Shown: positions 1 through 13,015 of the stretch, one piece after another
How positions within the stretch are numbered: the stretch's first letter is position 1
Layout of the letters: the number at the start of each line of letters is the position of its first letter
The notes under the pieces: model-generated
The model's database searches: none
What the model was told of the DNA's origin: nothing
What the model saw: only the letters and a program-made list of their open reading frames with translations
Translations under genes and position numbers: made by a program
Assembly (NCBI GenBank): GCA_028534125.1
Contig: CM052817.1
Span: 39,000,001-39,064,000, forward strand
Reading direction: 5' to 3'
Length of the DNA stretch: 64,000 bases
Origin: Lama glama
Lineage: Eukaryota

Positions 1-1462
1 TGGTTGTATTTGGGTTGGATTGAGGGTGGGGATGATGAAGATAGAAGGGAGAAATAAGGTAGCTTTATAAAGTTCCTTCTTGGTGCTGTCATTTGTATGA
101 GACAGTTTAGTTTACCAAGAGCCCTTTCACGTGCAGCATTATTGTTGCTTTCGAGCCTCACAACAACCTTCCTGGATAGACATTCCTATACCCACGTGGT
201 AGATGAGGAATCTGGGGCTGTGAGAAATTAAGGCACTGTCCCAGGGCTCTGCAGCTACTTGGTGACGGAGACAATAAGAAAGGAGCTCAGTATTCGCTAC
301 AGGGAACATGGAATTAAGCTCTACCTCCTGATTTGTGAAAATGCATTACCACAAATACCTTAGGGTCTTAGTAAAATCACTTAGGGTTTACATATCTGAC
401 ACTAACAAAACCTAATGAAAACAAAAAATCCTGCTAAAATAATATCTGTACTACAGCTTGATAGTTTCACTCTGCTGATCCATTATGTTACTATGATGTG
501 GAGACAGCCATAGAATTTTCAGTCCTATAGTTGCAAGGGCACTTGAGACATCATTTAGTTTACCCTGGACATTGTTTTCAGACTGACCTGCAATAACAAG
601 AGTAACAATGAGGATTACCAAGCACCCTCCATCACCCAGAGCACACAGGGGCCGTCAAAGAAGAATGCCAAACGAATCTGCATTTGGAGGCCTCGCAAGT
701 GAGAGGAAAGTCCACATTCTTCCTTGGCGACCTGTTTTGGTGTTTACCAATGCTCACCGTGGTTGGTCTTCTACTTAACGGATGGGAAACATGGAGGAAC
801 CGAGCAGATTCCCTGGCACACCACTGAGCACTTTATACAAAGCAAATCTCCGTCCGTGGTTGGTGGGCCTGACACTTGCACACCTGGTCACCATTTACAA
901 GTAGGGCTTCTATTTAGGGAGATGCCTGTTCCACAGACGTTCAGTCAAGGCTTAACCTCCAAAGGAAGTTGGAAGGAGGCAGGGCAGCAGGGGGGCTTCT
1001 TCCTGCTCCTCATGTTCAGGGGACACAGGAGGTAACTCAGGTACCGCCCCCTTTATATGCCTTTTTACTGTACCTTGTGGGTGGAAATGTTCTATTTTAC
1101 ACCTTCGCTGATCTGATCAAGTGCTCTTCCTTCAGCTGGTAAACTTGCCTCCCGGCAGTATGACCAACTCAGGGATCCTCACAAAACGTCATTATCATTA
1201 TAAAGGCCAGCTAGGCGTGGGGGTGGGCCAGCTCTCCAGGAAGCAGCGCACCCATTGAGAGATCACATGTTCCTCCGTCCCACTGTCTCTCTGGAAGAAC
1301 TGTTACTTCAGCGCAGCATCCCTTAGACATCTGCCTCTCAGGACTCCTCCACATTCTTAAAAATGATTGAGGACCTCAAAAAGCCTTTATGTAGGGGAGT
1401 TATAGTTATCAAAATATATCATATTAGATATTGAACTAAAAAAATTTTAACATATTCTTTTA

Positions 1463-1774
1463 TTTATTTATTTTTTTCTAGGTAACTACTCACAATTTTA
1501 TTTGTAAAAAAATACAAATAAAGTTTGCCCTATTTATTTACTGAGTATTTTCAGACATTTACCTAATATGTGATTTAAAATAAAGGTTCTGAGTCATATA
1601 ATTTTCATGAAATTGCCTCAAAAGTGGTTAACTTAGGAAACCGAATGTCTGATTAAGATGCATTAGAAATCTTANNNNNNNNNNNNNNNNNNNNNNNNNN
1701 NNNNNNNNNNNNNNNNNNNNNNNNNNNNNNNNNNNNNNNNNNNNNNNNNNNNNNNNNNNNNNNNNNNNNNNNNN
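1463..1774 (-). pseudogene. Probable retrocopy (processed pseudogene) 3' end; parent unknown, body lost in the assembly gap
   Basis: 14-bp direct repeat AACATATTCTTTTA at 1449-1462 and 1775-1788; T-rich tail at 1463-1477 (poly-A on the - strand); minus-strand AATAAA at 1497-1502, about 20 nt from the tail. Confidence 0.6.
1675..1774. other. Assembly gap (100 N, probably a placeholder size)
   Basis: Run of exactly 100 N. Confidence 0.99.
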
Positions 1775-2192
1775 AACATATTCTTTTAAAGGTAACAATA
1801 AGAAACCTATTATCTGTTAATGTGGATGGCATATTTTTATTAAAAAAAAACATGTTTTTTAAAAAAATTAGAGAAGAATGGCACCATTCTACATTTTTTT
1901 GTAAATTGCTTTAAAGCCTGGCTTTATAGAAGACAGCTAGGTTTTCATATCTGCTTCTGCATTTGATTTGTGGTAATATATTGTTGTTTGGTTGGATTAT
2001 ATGAAGAAAATCTGAGTTTATACAGATACGTGATTGGAAAGGAGGAGTATTTTAATAGCCTTTTCAGATAATTGTGCATATTCATCTTTGATATTACATC
2101 AAAATTCAACAAATAGTAGTTTCTAAAAGATTAGTTGCGATTTGGAATCTGAAGTTGTACTCTGTAACATGAAATCCATCTGTCATAGACTT

Positions 2193-2281
2193 TGTTTATT
2201 TATATGGAGGTACTGAGGATTGAACCCAGGACCTTGTGCATGCTAAGCATGCGCTCTACCACTGAGCTCTACCCTCCGGCC
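2193..2281 (-). mobile_element. tRNA-Ala-derived SINE (Vic-1-like, short form)
   Basis: Minus strand reads ...AGAGCTCAGTGGTAGAGCGCATGCTTAGCATGCACAAGGTCCTGGGTTCAATCC... (Pol III A and B boxes) plus an A-rich tail; perfect 17-bp TSD CCATCTGTCATAGACTT at 2176-2192 and 2282-2298. Confidence 0.9.
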
Positions 2282-2448
2282 CCATCTGTCATAGACTTAG
2301 AATGGCTCTTTGACCCATGCATAATTTTGAACATTGAACATTAGTCATTTGGAAAATATTCATCCACTAAGTTATGCAGATCTTCCAAATGTTGACATAA
2401 TCATTTAAAAAGATATTTAAAAAAAATTACATTTGTTAATATCACACC

Positions 2449-2930
2449 TGTTGTAGGCAGAATAATGGTCCCCTGAAGATGTCCATGTCATAATCCCCAG
2501 GGTGGGTATGTTAGGTTAAGGGGAAGTAAGGTGGCAGATGAAATGAAGTTTGCACATCAGCTGAGCTTAACACAGGGAAATCAGCCGAGGTTATCCAGAG
2601 AGGTGCAGTGCAATCACAAGGGTCTTTAAAAGTGGGAAGCTGGAAGAAAGGTCATAGGGAAAAGATGTCATGGCCCAAGCAGAAGTCAGAGAGATGCTAC
2701 GTTGTTGGTTTTGAAAATGGTGGAAGAGGCCAAGAGCCAAAGAATAGGGGAGCCTCTAGAAGCTAGAAAACACACGGAAACCAATTCTCCCCTAGAGCCT
2801 TCAGACAGCCCTGCTGACATCTTGATTTTAGCCTAGAGAGACCTGTGTTAAAATTCTAGCCAATTATAACTATAGTAACTATTTTTTAAAAAGTGTTGTT
2901 TTAAGCCACTAAGTTTGTGGTAACTTCTTC
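2449..2930 (+). mobile_element. MaLR solo LTR (MLT1-like)
   Basis: Starts TGTTGTAGGCAGAATAATGG; contains 'ccctagagccttcag...gctgacatcttgattttagcc' and 'tgttttaagccactaagtttgtggta', typical of MLT1. Confidence 0.8.
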
Positions 2931-3534
2931 TGAAAAGAAATCATTTTCCTGACCACCAATGTCAACAGAAGAGATTTCAAATGCTGGGAAGTGGTCAAGC
3001 TCATAGCGGCAAATACAACTTTTCTAAAGTTTTGTTTGAAATCTTACATTTTATCTCTGGTGACAAATACTGCCCATTGTTTTCCTTGTAATGAGCAGCT
3101 TCCCTCGTGTATATTTGAGAAAATGCCTGCCAAACACCCAAGTCTGTTTGTCAGTTGCTCTTTCAAGTAAAAATGGTTCTCTTTGAGAACTACTGCTCTA
3201 CTATGATTTGTAACAGAACTATTATTTGTTAAATAAAATATTATTTGTTAAAAAAAAAAAGGTACCCTTCGATAGTTTGGAAAATATTGAAATGCTTCTT
3301 ACTTTTTAAGCTTTCTTACCTCCTATTTTTAGGTAGTTTTTCGGTTTTAAAGTCACATTCCAAAAATACCTGGGAGGGACTCCCTAGTCTCCAGAAAGGA
3401 AATCTTTTCCAGTATTAAAAATATTTTGCAGTGAATTTGAAAAATAAATCTTGTGGTTGAAAAATGAAGTCATAACTTTTGAAAGAACTGGCCCTGCCAT
3501 CCTAAGTGAAGAATAAATTCTCTTAAGACCAAAT

Positions 3535-5000
3535 GTATTTGCTTATTCACCAAGTATTTACTAAATATACCAGGCACTACACTTTGCACAGAGAGGGATG
3601 AGAAGCCTAAGGCATTGTCCCTACCTTTACATTCTAACGAGGAAGACCAGAGAGCTGACACCATCAGTGACCAAAGGATAATACTATGTGAGATGAGCAC
3701 AGGGTGCCATGGAAACACACGAAACGGCAGCCAACCTGCCGGGGAGGACGTGAGGTGGGGGCTCTGGGAGGCTTCCGGGCGTTTGGGGCAGGAGCTGGGC
3801 TTGAGAAGGTAAGGAAGGAGTGCGAAGTGGGTTTCAGTTTTAGGGAGCAGCGCGTGTAAGAGGCTGGTGGTGAGGGAGCTGAGTGTATTTGGAAACCGTG
3901 TGTAGAGAGCTGGGAACCTGAAGCTGAGTATGAGGGCAGGGCGGGGTTGGTTGGCCTGGTCCTAGCTGGCCTCAGAGAGACAGGCAGGAGCCAGTGCAAG
4001 AGTACACGACCTTGTCTTCCTTGTAAGGAGGTGCACTTTGTACTGAAGGCTTTAGGGCACTCTCAAGTTTCTGGAAGGGAGGTCATCCAGTGCTGGGCCT
4101 GATTGCCCCACGTCCTCTCATAGCCCTTCCCTGGCACTGCCCTGTCTGGTCCCTGGAGGCTGCATTTCCCAGACCTGGTGTCTGCTGGCTTCTAGCTGGG
4201 TTTAGCCAAGGGAGGTACTGGTGGGAAATTGGATGATGGTGGGAAGGCAGACGTCAGGGTGTTTCTCCCTGACTCTTTCCACCTCCAGTAGCATCGCCAG
4301 CTGCAGCTCTGCCTTCCCTGTGGCCTCTTCTCTGCACAGGCTGGATGTAGTTCCCACTTCTGCTGGGTGATCCCAGGCTCTGGGCCCCAGGAAGGCCCCT
4401 ACTCCCCTTTGTCCCTCCCCACTTCGGAGGCAGTGGCTCTTTCTCCTGCTGTTGCTAATCTCTGGGTTGCTTCTCCATCCTTTCTTTGATGTCTAAGCTC
4501 TTTCATCACCTGCATAATCAATTTTTAGTAGGAAATTGCATCTGCTTTTCAGAGTTGCTTGTTTCCTGGCTGGATCCTGACCTGTACAAAAATGGTATAA
4601 CTAAGTGACATTTGGGAAAGATCATTCAAACTGCAGGGGAAAATGAATTGCGTGGAGGGAGGTGGAAGCAGGGAGACCAACTGAGGGTGACGCAGTGACC
4701 TAGGTTGAGAGGTTGAGTGTAGGCAGTGGCCAGAATCTAAAACAAAAAGGGGTTAATTTGGGAGATATTAAAAAGGTGGAAACCACAATAGTTGTACCTG
4801 ATGGCTGTGGCAGTTGGGGAGTTACAGTGATATCCATGTTCCTAGCTTGGGCAAGTGAGTGGATGGTGAGGCCATCCCCTGGGGTGGGAAATATTGAAGA
4901 GAGTAGGAAGATGATGGTTCCACTTTGGACATCTGGAGTTTGAGGAGTCGGTGAAATCAGTTATTGGACAGGTGAGTTAAGGCTCAAGTAAGAGACCTGG
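3535..5000 (-). mobile_element. Old L2 LINE fragments, interrupted by an LTR
   Basis: L2-like 3' end in reverse ('attcaccaagtatttactaaatataccaggcact') followed by purine-rich degenerate L2-type sequence. Confidence 0.5.
4090..4587 (+). mobile_element. ERVL-type solo LTR (LTR33/LTR16-like)
   Basis: 'ggctgcatttcccag...ggtttagccaagggagg' and the 3' end 'gtttcctggctggatcctgacctgtaca'. Confidence 0.55.
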
Positions 5001-5974
5001 GCTAGAGGAGTCTCTGAGAGAATAGAACAAAATTTCCCCAGTGTCTGTACCACAAAAGGAGAAGGAGGCTAGAGAGAAGGGGAGGACAGAAATAGATGGG
5101 AAGAGAAGCTACTGGGGGACAACAAAATTGTCAGCAGCCTACTTTTAGATTTACAAGGATCCACAGTGCTTTCCTGGCCTGTTGATTCAGAGTTTCTACT
5201 TCCCTCAAAAGGAGACTGGTTAGAAGAGATTTTGGGAAAAACTGGTTTGAACAAAGGGAAGGTAGTTGCAAAGAGGCTAACTCAGGCATGTCAACTTGGG
5301 ATCTAATACTTGAGGCTGCTACTTTATCACATTTTCTATATTAAAGGAGAAGTTCAGTATATATTGTCAAAACTCAGTTTCCTAAGTGCTAATAAATATG
5401 GGCCAGCCTTTAATGACTATTGAGCAGAGTGTTAGATGTTTTGAGAAGGAAGGGATTGCTCTGTCAGGATCAGAAAATGACCTGTAAAGACGAGGCTAGC
5501 CCGGGCCTTTCCAACAGGCTGGGGTTCAGCCAGCAGACAAGAAGGGGCAGACAATCCCCGTTGCAGGAGAGGTCGGCAAAAAGGCAAAGAAACAAGGCTG
5601 TATCTGTTCAAGGGACTGGAGAAAATAATCTGGAAGAAAGCACAGAGTCTACAGGAGACAGCCGAGACAAGGATGGTAGCCCCAGAATACAAGTGTCCTA
5701 TTAGAAATCTGTCATGATGAGGAGGAATTTGATTTCTCTATAGGATTCCAAAGGATGGCAGCCGAGCTGTGGAACAGAGGTACAGGAATCATATTTTAGC
5801 TCTGCCAGAGATACCCTGGGACAGCATGCCCCGCCTTGGGAGACAGTGAGTTCTCCATCACCGCAGGTGGTCAAGATGGACAGAAGATGCTGGACAGGGC
5901 TGTGGGACCAGATTCACTTTTCCCAAACTGCTCTTCAAGGCTCATTAATGGGTCATGAAACCAGTTTAGTGGGT

Positions 5975-6333
5975 TGTATCAATGTGCTGGGGTCACCACA
6001 GAACAAAGCACCGTAGACTGCATGGCTTAAGCAACAGACATGTGTTGTCTCACAGTTCTGGAGGTAGAAGCCCCAGATCTGGTGTTGGCAGGGCTGGGTC
6101 CTTCCGAGGGCCGTGAGGGAAGACTGTTCCAGTCCTTTCTCCTTGGCCCATCTTCTCCCTGTGTCTCTTCAGAGCATCTTCCCTCTGTGCATGTCTGTGG
6201 GTCCAAATTCCCCCTTTTTATAAGGACACCGTTCCAGTCAGGTTAGATGAGGGCTCATCCTAATGACCCCGTTTTAACTTGATTACCTCTGTTAACACAC
6301 CATCTCCAAATATGATCCCCCTCTGAGGTGTAG
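5975..6333 (-). mobile_element. MaLR solo LTR (MLT1-like)
   Basis: 'ggcttaagcaacagacatgtgttgtctcacagttctggagg...ttaacttgattacctctg...aaacccataac' is the reverse orientation of the MLT1 pattern. Confidence 0.8.
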
Positions 6334-9300
6334 GGGTTGGGATTTCAACACATGAAGTTGGGTGGGGGCAGTGGACACACTTAAACCCATAACGTGTGTT
6401 TTCATCAGAAGTTAAAAAGAATGAAATAGGATAGGATAGGATAGGATAGAAAACAGTAGAAGATGTCATCTCTGTGCGTCTGTGTGTGAGTCCTGGGTTG
6501 CAATGTAAAATGTCACAGGTAAAATTTCTAAACCTGAGAATTCGAGCTTTAGATTGAGGGGACATTCAAAGGAGGATTTCAGAGTGGTTTCCCCTCCCAC
6601 TCAGACATGGGAAAGATGTATCTGAGTGACTCGGCCTCGCTCTCTGCTACCCGAAGGCCACAGCTCTGTGTGCACAGGGTGGGCCCCAGGGTTGTCCGTC
6701 TGGGCGGCTCATGTCTGCACGTCTGCACAGCCCTGCCCATGCCTTCCCGAGCCACGCGGGTCTCTGTACTGCCTGCTTTCCTTTTCCTGTGTGCCGTGTA
6801 CACTTGCCTTTATTAAATCTTATTCCGCTGGTGCAGGAATCTCCTTGTGCTTTTTCTTTTCATGATGCTTTAACTCTTACTTAAAATTCCATTTGTAAGA
6901 CTAATTTATTATAAGCTTCACATTAAACTGTGTTACATGATATGAACTACATCATATCTTTGTTAAGGGAAAATACTAGTTATAGAAACATAGCTGTGTG
7001 CAGGCATACTATTTTTCAGTTGCGGCATTAGTTAGGGCTAAAAATATAAATCACATCACTCTCTTCTGGGCAACTCTAGCAAGTGCCCCAGGTGCAATTT
7101 CCAGAGATAGCACTCTACTTAGTGACAGAAGAGGTAGGACTGATCTTGGCTGTGTGGATTTTCTGCCGCATACTGCTTCACTTCACTCAGAATTTAATCA
7201 TGGGGACTTGGCATCTGTAGTCATCTGGATGACTGTGTTTGGGGGTGAGGGGTGACTGTATTTTTTACATGTTTCAATCAACTGACAGGAAAATATGTCC
7301 TTTTGTATAACTGTAGTTTCTTCTAACTGCAGAAAGGAACATCCATTGGGAGGTGCTACGTTGCTGGTCAGGCCTCAGATGCAGGGTCAGGATGCAAAAG
7401 TCTGAGATGTAGATGGATAGCTCAGAGTAGGTTGCATCAGTCACACAGAATGGATAAATCTGTTCCTTTTTAGTTAAAAAAATTCTATGCATTGTGATCA
7501 GTGTAACGTGTAAACCCAGCACCTGCTCTCTGCAGGTGAGCTATTCAGGTCCTGGAAGAGGTAAATTATGTGACGTGTCAGTTAAGCATGGAGGTGCAGG
7601 CAGTGCCAGTCCGTCATAGTGCTGTTATTTTAGGTTTCATCTTCTTTCCTGTTAACTGAGTTTTGATTAGGAGTCAGAGAGGGTATTAGGAATTTCTGTC
7701 TTGATTCACCACTATGATAAGCTCTTTAGGAGGAACCAATAGGTATTTTTTCCCTGAGTTATAGGTTGAAATGTAACTCCTTTGTCAGCAATTCTGAATT
7801 AAGGCACAGCTTTACTTATTAAACCATACTGACATAATAAAAGAGAGAAGAAACAGGAACTGCATTCTACCTGGTGGAAGAGATGGTCATAGCCATAAGC
7901 AACTTACAAAATATCTCTTATAAGAAGTGCAGATAAAAATGATCACACTTACTGTGTTCTCCTTAGTTTCTGCAAAGCCTAGATATGGTCAGGCTGGCAC
8001 GGAGAAGGTTGCCTTCCTCTCCGATGCCCACGTCTCCATCCTAGAAACATAGGAACTAAGTAGTGCACCAATAAGGAGAAGAATTCAAAGGCCAGCCCCT
8101 TTGCTTTCACGCATCAGTGACATTGCTTGCCATCTACAAATCACAGTCCAGGTTCCAGTAGGGGGTGGGTGATGCTGGAGGAACTGCCAGAGCAGAGCCA
8201 TCCTTCCTGAAAAGTTCACGCAGCCCACTGGGTAGCTCCCCCAGTCTATGTAATCCTTTACTCACCTCTTCTTGATCTGTTCACATGTTTATTTTGGCAT
8301 TTTTCTTGAATTATCTTTCTTCTCACATTGCCAACTCTTCCCTGAATCTTCCCATCAAATGGATATTTCCTGCTTACCTGGCAGAAGTTTCCTTATCCAC
8401 TCTACTCTCCTGCCCTACACATCTAAATTTCTTTACATCTAGTCTTGCCTCCTACAAACCCAAAGAAAGGCTTACCTTTCCACCTATTTTCATCCTCTTG
8501 GACATTTCTTATTCAAACATCCCCTCCTTCTTTAGAATCTTCAGTCTCTTCTTCCTTGTGGCTTTCTACAAAAATGCATGAGAATATCCCGGTCTAGGGG
8601 AGAACATACAAACATACACTCAAAAGTGAAAAGGCTCAGATTAGCTGAGATGCTAGCTCACCTGCAGCTTTCTCTCTGACCAGAGGGTCTCTCCTCCATG
8701 AACTGCAGCCCTTCGTTCTAGCTGACCAGGCCACTGGCATTAATAGTATTTTTATAAGTAACAACCAAGTTATAGGTAGGCTTCTAGAAGAGGGAGCTTT
8801 ATGGCTTCTGTTATACCTCTCAGCACCTGGCTGATTTGAGATCAAGACTATATTCTATGTCCTTAAAGTCAAGCATTCTTTTGCAAAATACCTAATCCTT
8901 AAGGGAAAAGAGGTACAGTGCCTAGAGTTCCTGCTTAGAATTTTAATGATAAACTTTATCATAGTTTAGTGTATCACCAGCTCACATTTTTGTAATCTTA
9001 CAAGAAAATGTCCATTTCCACATATCCATTAAATATCTGATTCATTTTCTTGGCCCAAGATAATGCCTTACAGCTACATCACTGGCAAACCAGAGTCTGC
9101 ATTGGACAAATACAAGACTAAGTGTGATTAAGCTATTAAGTATTTTTAATTACCTTTTACTGGTCTTTGGATATAGTATGTTTTTGAGGATGCAGAAGCA
9201 GCACTGGCGTACCTTGATGTTACAGAGCTTTATAGAACAGGCACAGACGGCTTCTTCTTCATAATTGGCAGGGGTTCTGCTGTACAGAATCTTGCAACAA

Positions 9301-9899
9301 CATCTCAATTTTCTCGCTCTAGTGAATGTCAGAATGAGCACATGTATAGCATGAGTTATGGAGAGAGTGAAAAAAATTAAAATCTTTATAGCATTTTTAT
9401 GCTTTGTCTTCCTTTTTGGTAACCAGATCTTGATTAAGAGGTAGAATTAACACCCAGTAGGACATCAAAATTTCTTGACTTGAATCCTCTGTGTCTCTTT
9501 CCCTTGTCTCTAGACAGGAAATGATTTATGGACTTCATGATTCTGAAACAATAAAAAGTATCTGAAATGCATATTTGTTGTTTTCTACAAGCCAATTACA
9601 TCTTGTTTACAATATGAAATACAAAGGAAACTTGGAAGGAAAAATAAGTAAGTTGGTGTCATTTTGTTTTCATATTGCCTTATTATGTTTTAATTTAATC
9701 TTCCTTGCATAGGGCGGTCATTCCCATGCCCTTCTCCACCCGTATCCATTTCTTTAGCTACTGGCCGTTTGTCACTTCCTCTCCTAGCAAATCTCCTTAG
9801 GTGAGGACAACAGTGACGCCTCCCACCCACAGAGAGTGTTTTGCTCTTTATGGAGGGCTTTTGCCTGCACTCCTGGCACTTTTTCACAATCTCTCTCTT

Positions 9900-10460
9900 A
9901 TTTTAAAATAGTTTTATTGAGATATGTTTCATATGCCGTAACATTCACCCACTTAAAAGTGTACAGTTCAGGGGTTTTTGATATATTCACAGAGTTGTGC
10001 AACCATCATCACAATCTAATTTTGGAACATTTCAATATTACCCCAAAGAGCCCCTTGTTACCACTAATAGTCATTCATGTTCCTATTCCCATCACCCTTG
10101 TCCCTTCCCCAGGGGACACTACTCTGTTTGCTGTCTCTATGGATTTATCTATTCTGCACATTTCACATAAATGGAATCATACAATGTGTGGGACTGATCT
10201 CTTTTTCAGTCTCTTTTGAGGCTGATCTCTTTACTTAGCAAAACGTTTTTAAGTTTCATCCAACTTGTAGCATGAATCTGTACTTCATTCCTTTTTAGTG
10301 CTGAATGATATTTCGTTATATAGATATATTATGCTTTATTTATCCATTCACTAGTTGATGGACATCTGGATCGTTTCAACTTTTTGGTTATTGTAAATAA
10401 TGCCACTGTGAACATTAGTATAAAAGGTTTTGAATAGAAGTATGTTTTGCTCTATTTTTC
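9900..10460 (-). mobile_element. Old L1 3' fragment (L1M-type)
   Basis: 'tatattcacagagttgtgcaaccatc...tttcacataaatggaatcatacaat...tatccattcactagttgatggacat'. Confidence 0.8.
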
Positions 10461-12805
10461 TTAAGGATGAGGAAAATCAGACTGTGAGTGCTTGAACTTA
10501 GGCTTCTGATTCCTAATAAAGCACTTTTCCTACTCCCTGTATTCCAGAAATTTTAGAAATACAAGTTATTTTAAAAACTCTGGTATCACACATTGCTTCT
10601 ATTTCTAGAGTTGATTTGCATCCAAAACGTAGGAATATGTTTTGAATTTTTTTCCAAAATATTTTAAACCTCTTTGTACCTGCCTATATATCCCTTCATA
10701 ATCCAAGTTGCAGATAGGCAGGGATGCCATCCTTCTAGTAAGTCTTTGGGATCCATTGCCTGTAACAGGATCCTTTTTGAATAATAAATAATTGTGAAGG
10801 AATTCTGTTGAGAGTTCTTATGGAATGAACCACCCCTTGTTATGGGCCTTAGAATGCCAAGGAAATGACTGCTGGGCAGGACGATTTGGGCTGTAATAAA
10901 TCAGCCTAATGTAAACTATGTCAAATTAAAACTGAGTGCCTAAATGGGTTGAGATCACAAGGGTGCTGCCTTCTCCAAGTGCAGAGACTGCAGACGGCTA
11001 GCAGGTAGCCACCTCCTGCAAAGGAGTCAGTCCTCTGGAAACCAAACCTTGGCAGCTGGTTAAGATACTTTCCTTTGTGCCCTCCTTCAGAATGCTGGGC
11101 TTCTTCGCTGGCTTCCTACTTCTCCCCACCTAGTCTGGCTTGTATCTGCCTTTAGGTTGGCCTTTCTCACCTACCTGGCTGTTGGTCAGCTCTTAGGCTC
11201 ATAGAATATACGAATAAAAAGGTGCCACAGAAATGACCTAAATCAGCACTCTCCGTCACCCATCAGTTAGCAGAAGACGAGAAAAATTAGGTCTGCCAAG
11301 GTGACATGACCAGATGACCTAAACCTATACGACTCTGGGACTCCTAATCCCAATCCAGGCCATCGCAATTCAAGAGGACTTGAGGACCATGGCTGATGAT
11401 AAGACATGACATTTGTTCTTTCATGGTCTGGACAATTTCATTTGTCTTCAGCTTGGACTCCTGAGGTGGGATTCTCAAATGTGGCTTAGGGAACTCCGAA
11501 TCTCTCTGTTCTTACCTTGGTAGGGGTTAGTATCCTATACCACTAATTTCAGTACATGGTCTCCATGTGTGTAGGTCTATCTTTCCCACGGGGCTGAGTG
11601 AGGGGCTTCTGGTTCCTTCCTTGGCCTGATCCTGTGCCATTTGCCTCCATTCTCGGTTTTGTTTTTTCCTACCTGACTGAGGCGTGGGCAGTCAAGTACT
11701 ACAAAAATGGATCCAAGGAATTGTATATAAACTCTGATGCAAAGAATCCAAATATTTGGCACAATTAGAGGGAAATTTGAGAAAAGCTCATATTTTTAGG
11801 CAGAACCCACAGTGGAAACTATGAAGCAACATCTCTATTTCTCCCCTCTTTATCTGTGTAAAAGAGCAAAAAATAAGCATTAGTAAATGCTAAAATATAT
11901 TTTCGTATCATCTACTCCCTTGCTAACATCTTACCCATTTCTCCTTGAGTCCTTGACTGCATGCGTTCTGTCTACTTATAATATTCTTTTCTAGAACCAG
12001 AATTTGCTTTCTCATTTTCTTTATGCAAATCTTGCTTTCATTTAAGACCCACTTTAAGTGGCCCACCTTTTTGTCACAAAGCTTTCTCTTCCAAGAGCCT
12101 CCTTTCAGTAACACTGCACAATTCTGAATTTCTGCAACATTTAGTTTATGCTTTGCAAACACAAGCTCTACTAAATACTGCCTAATTATCTATAAACATA
12201 TATTGTACTGTACTTAGTTTCTCCAAGGACAAAGAAGCTCCTATGGGCAAGAGCTGTGATTTTATATCTGCAAAACTTCCATGATCTAACTAGCATAAAG
12301 ATGAGAGTTACTAAATGCCAAATACTTTCATTTACCTAAATTGTGTTCTGGGGTTGAAGATTAATTGTGGTTGCATCCACTTTATGTAGGAGCACATATT
12401 TTCATTATCAGTCACACTGCAAGATCAGGACCAAAAAGAAAATGCATGTGAGGTAGTGTTGATTGGTGGATATTAGGCACTAGTTGTGTACCAGGTACTG
12501 CGCTGGGTACTAAGGATGCAAAGATAAATAAAGCATGGTCCTGCTCTCAAGAAGTAAGCCAATAGTTTCACTAGTGAAGTAGTAGGATCTCCTAGGCACA
12601 GAACAGCAAAAACCAAGATACAGAGAGAGAGCTGAGCAGCGTGTGTGTGTGTGCATGTGTGCGCACACATGTGTGTTTAAGACTGATAGCATCTCAGAGG
12701 AAAGAGTGGGCTGTATGGAGGCAACTGAAAGTTTAACAATAAATTGAACTACTCCCCAGTCCCCCGAAAAAAATTTAAAAATTAACAATAAATTGAAATA
12801 ACCTA

Positions 12806-13015
12806 CTAGTGGTACTTAATAGAACTTTCAGCAATAATGGGAAAGCTCTATATATGTGCTGTCCAATGTGGTAACCAGTAGCCACATATGGCTACCGAGC
12901 ATTTGGAATGTGGCTGTGTGACTGAGGAACTATATTTTTATTTCATTTTAAATTAATTTAAATTTAGACAGCCACACATGGCTAGTGGTTACCATACTGC
13001 AAGGCTCAAGTCTAG
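12806..13015. mobile_element. MER3-like hAT MITE
   Basis: 'aatagaactttc...gctgtccaatgtggtaaccagtagccacatatggcta...gccacacatggctagtggttacc' with internal inverted symmetry. Confidence 0.75.

Larger units (their letters stand above)
1310..3195. mobile_element. Degenerate hAT-Charlie (Charlie1-like) DNA transposon, interrupted by three later insertions
   Basis: 'ttcttaaaaatgattgaggacctcaaaaag' near 1354 and the terminal 'ctttgagaactactg' at 3181-3195 resemble recalled Charlie1 ends; no intact ORF. Confidence 0.6.

Noticed and set aside
2193..2281. tRNA-Ala(AGC) gene (also 13692 and 58914)
   Set aside because: TSDs, A-rich tails and mutually divergent, mismatched stems indicate SINE copies rather than tRNA genes
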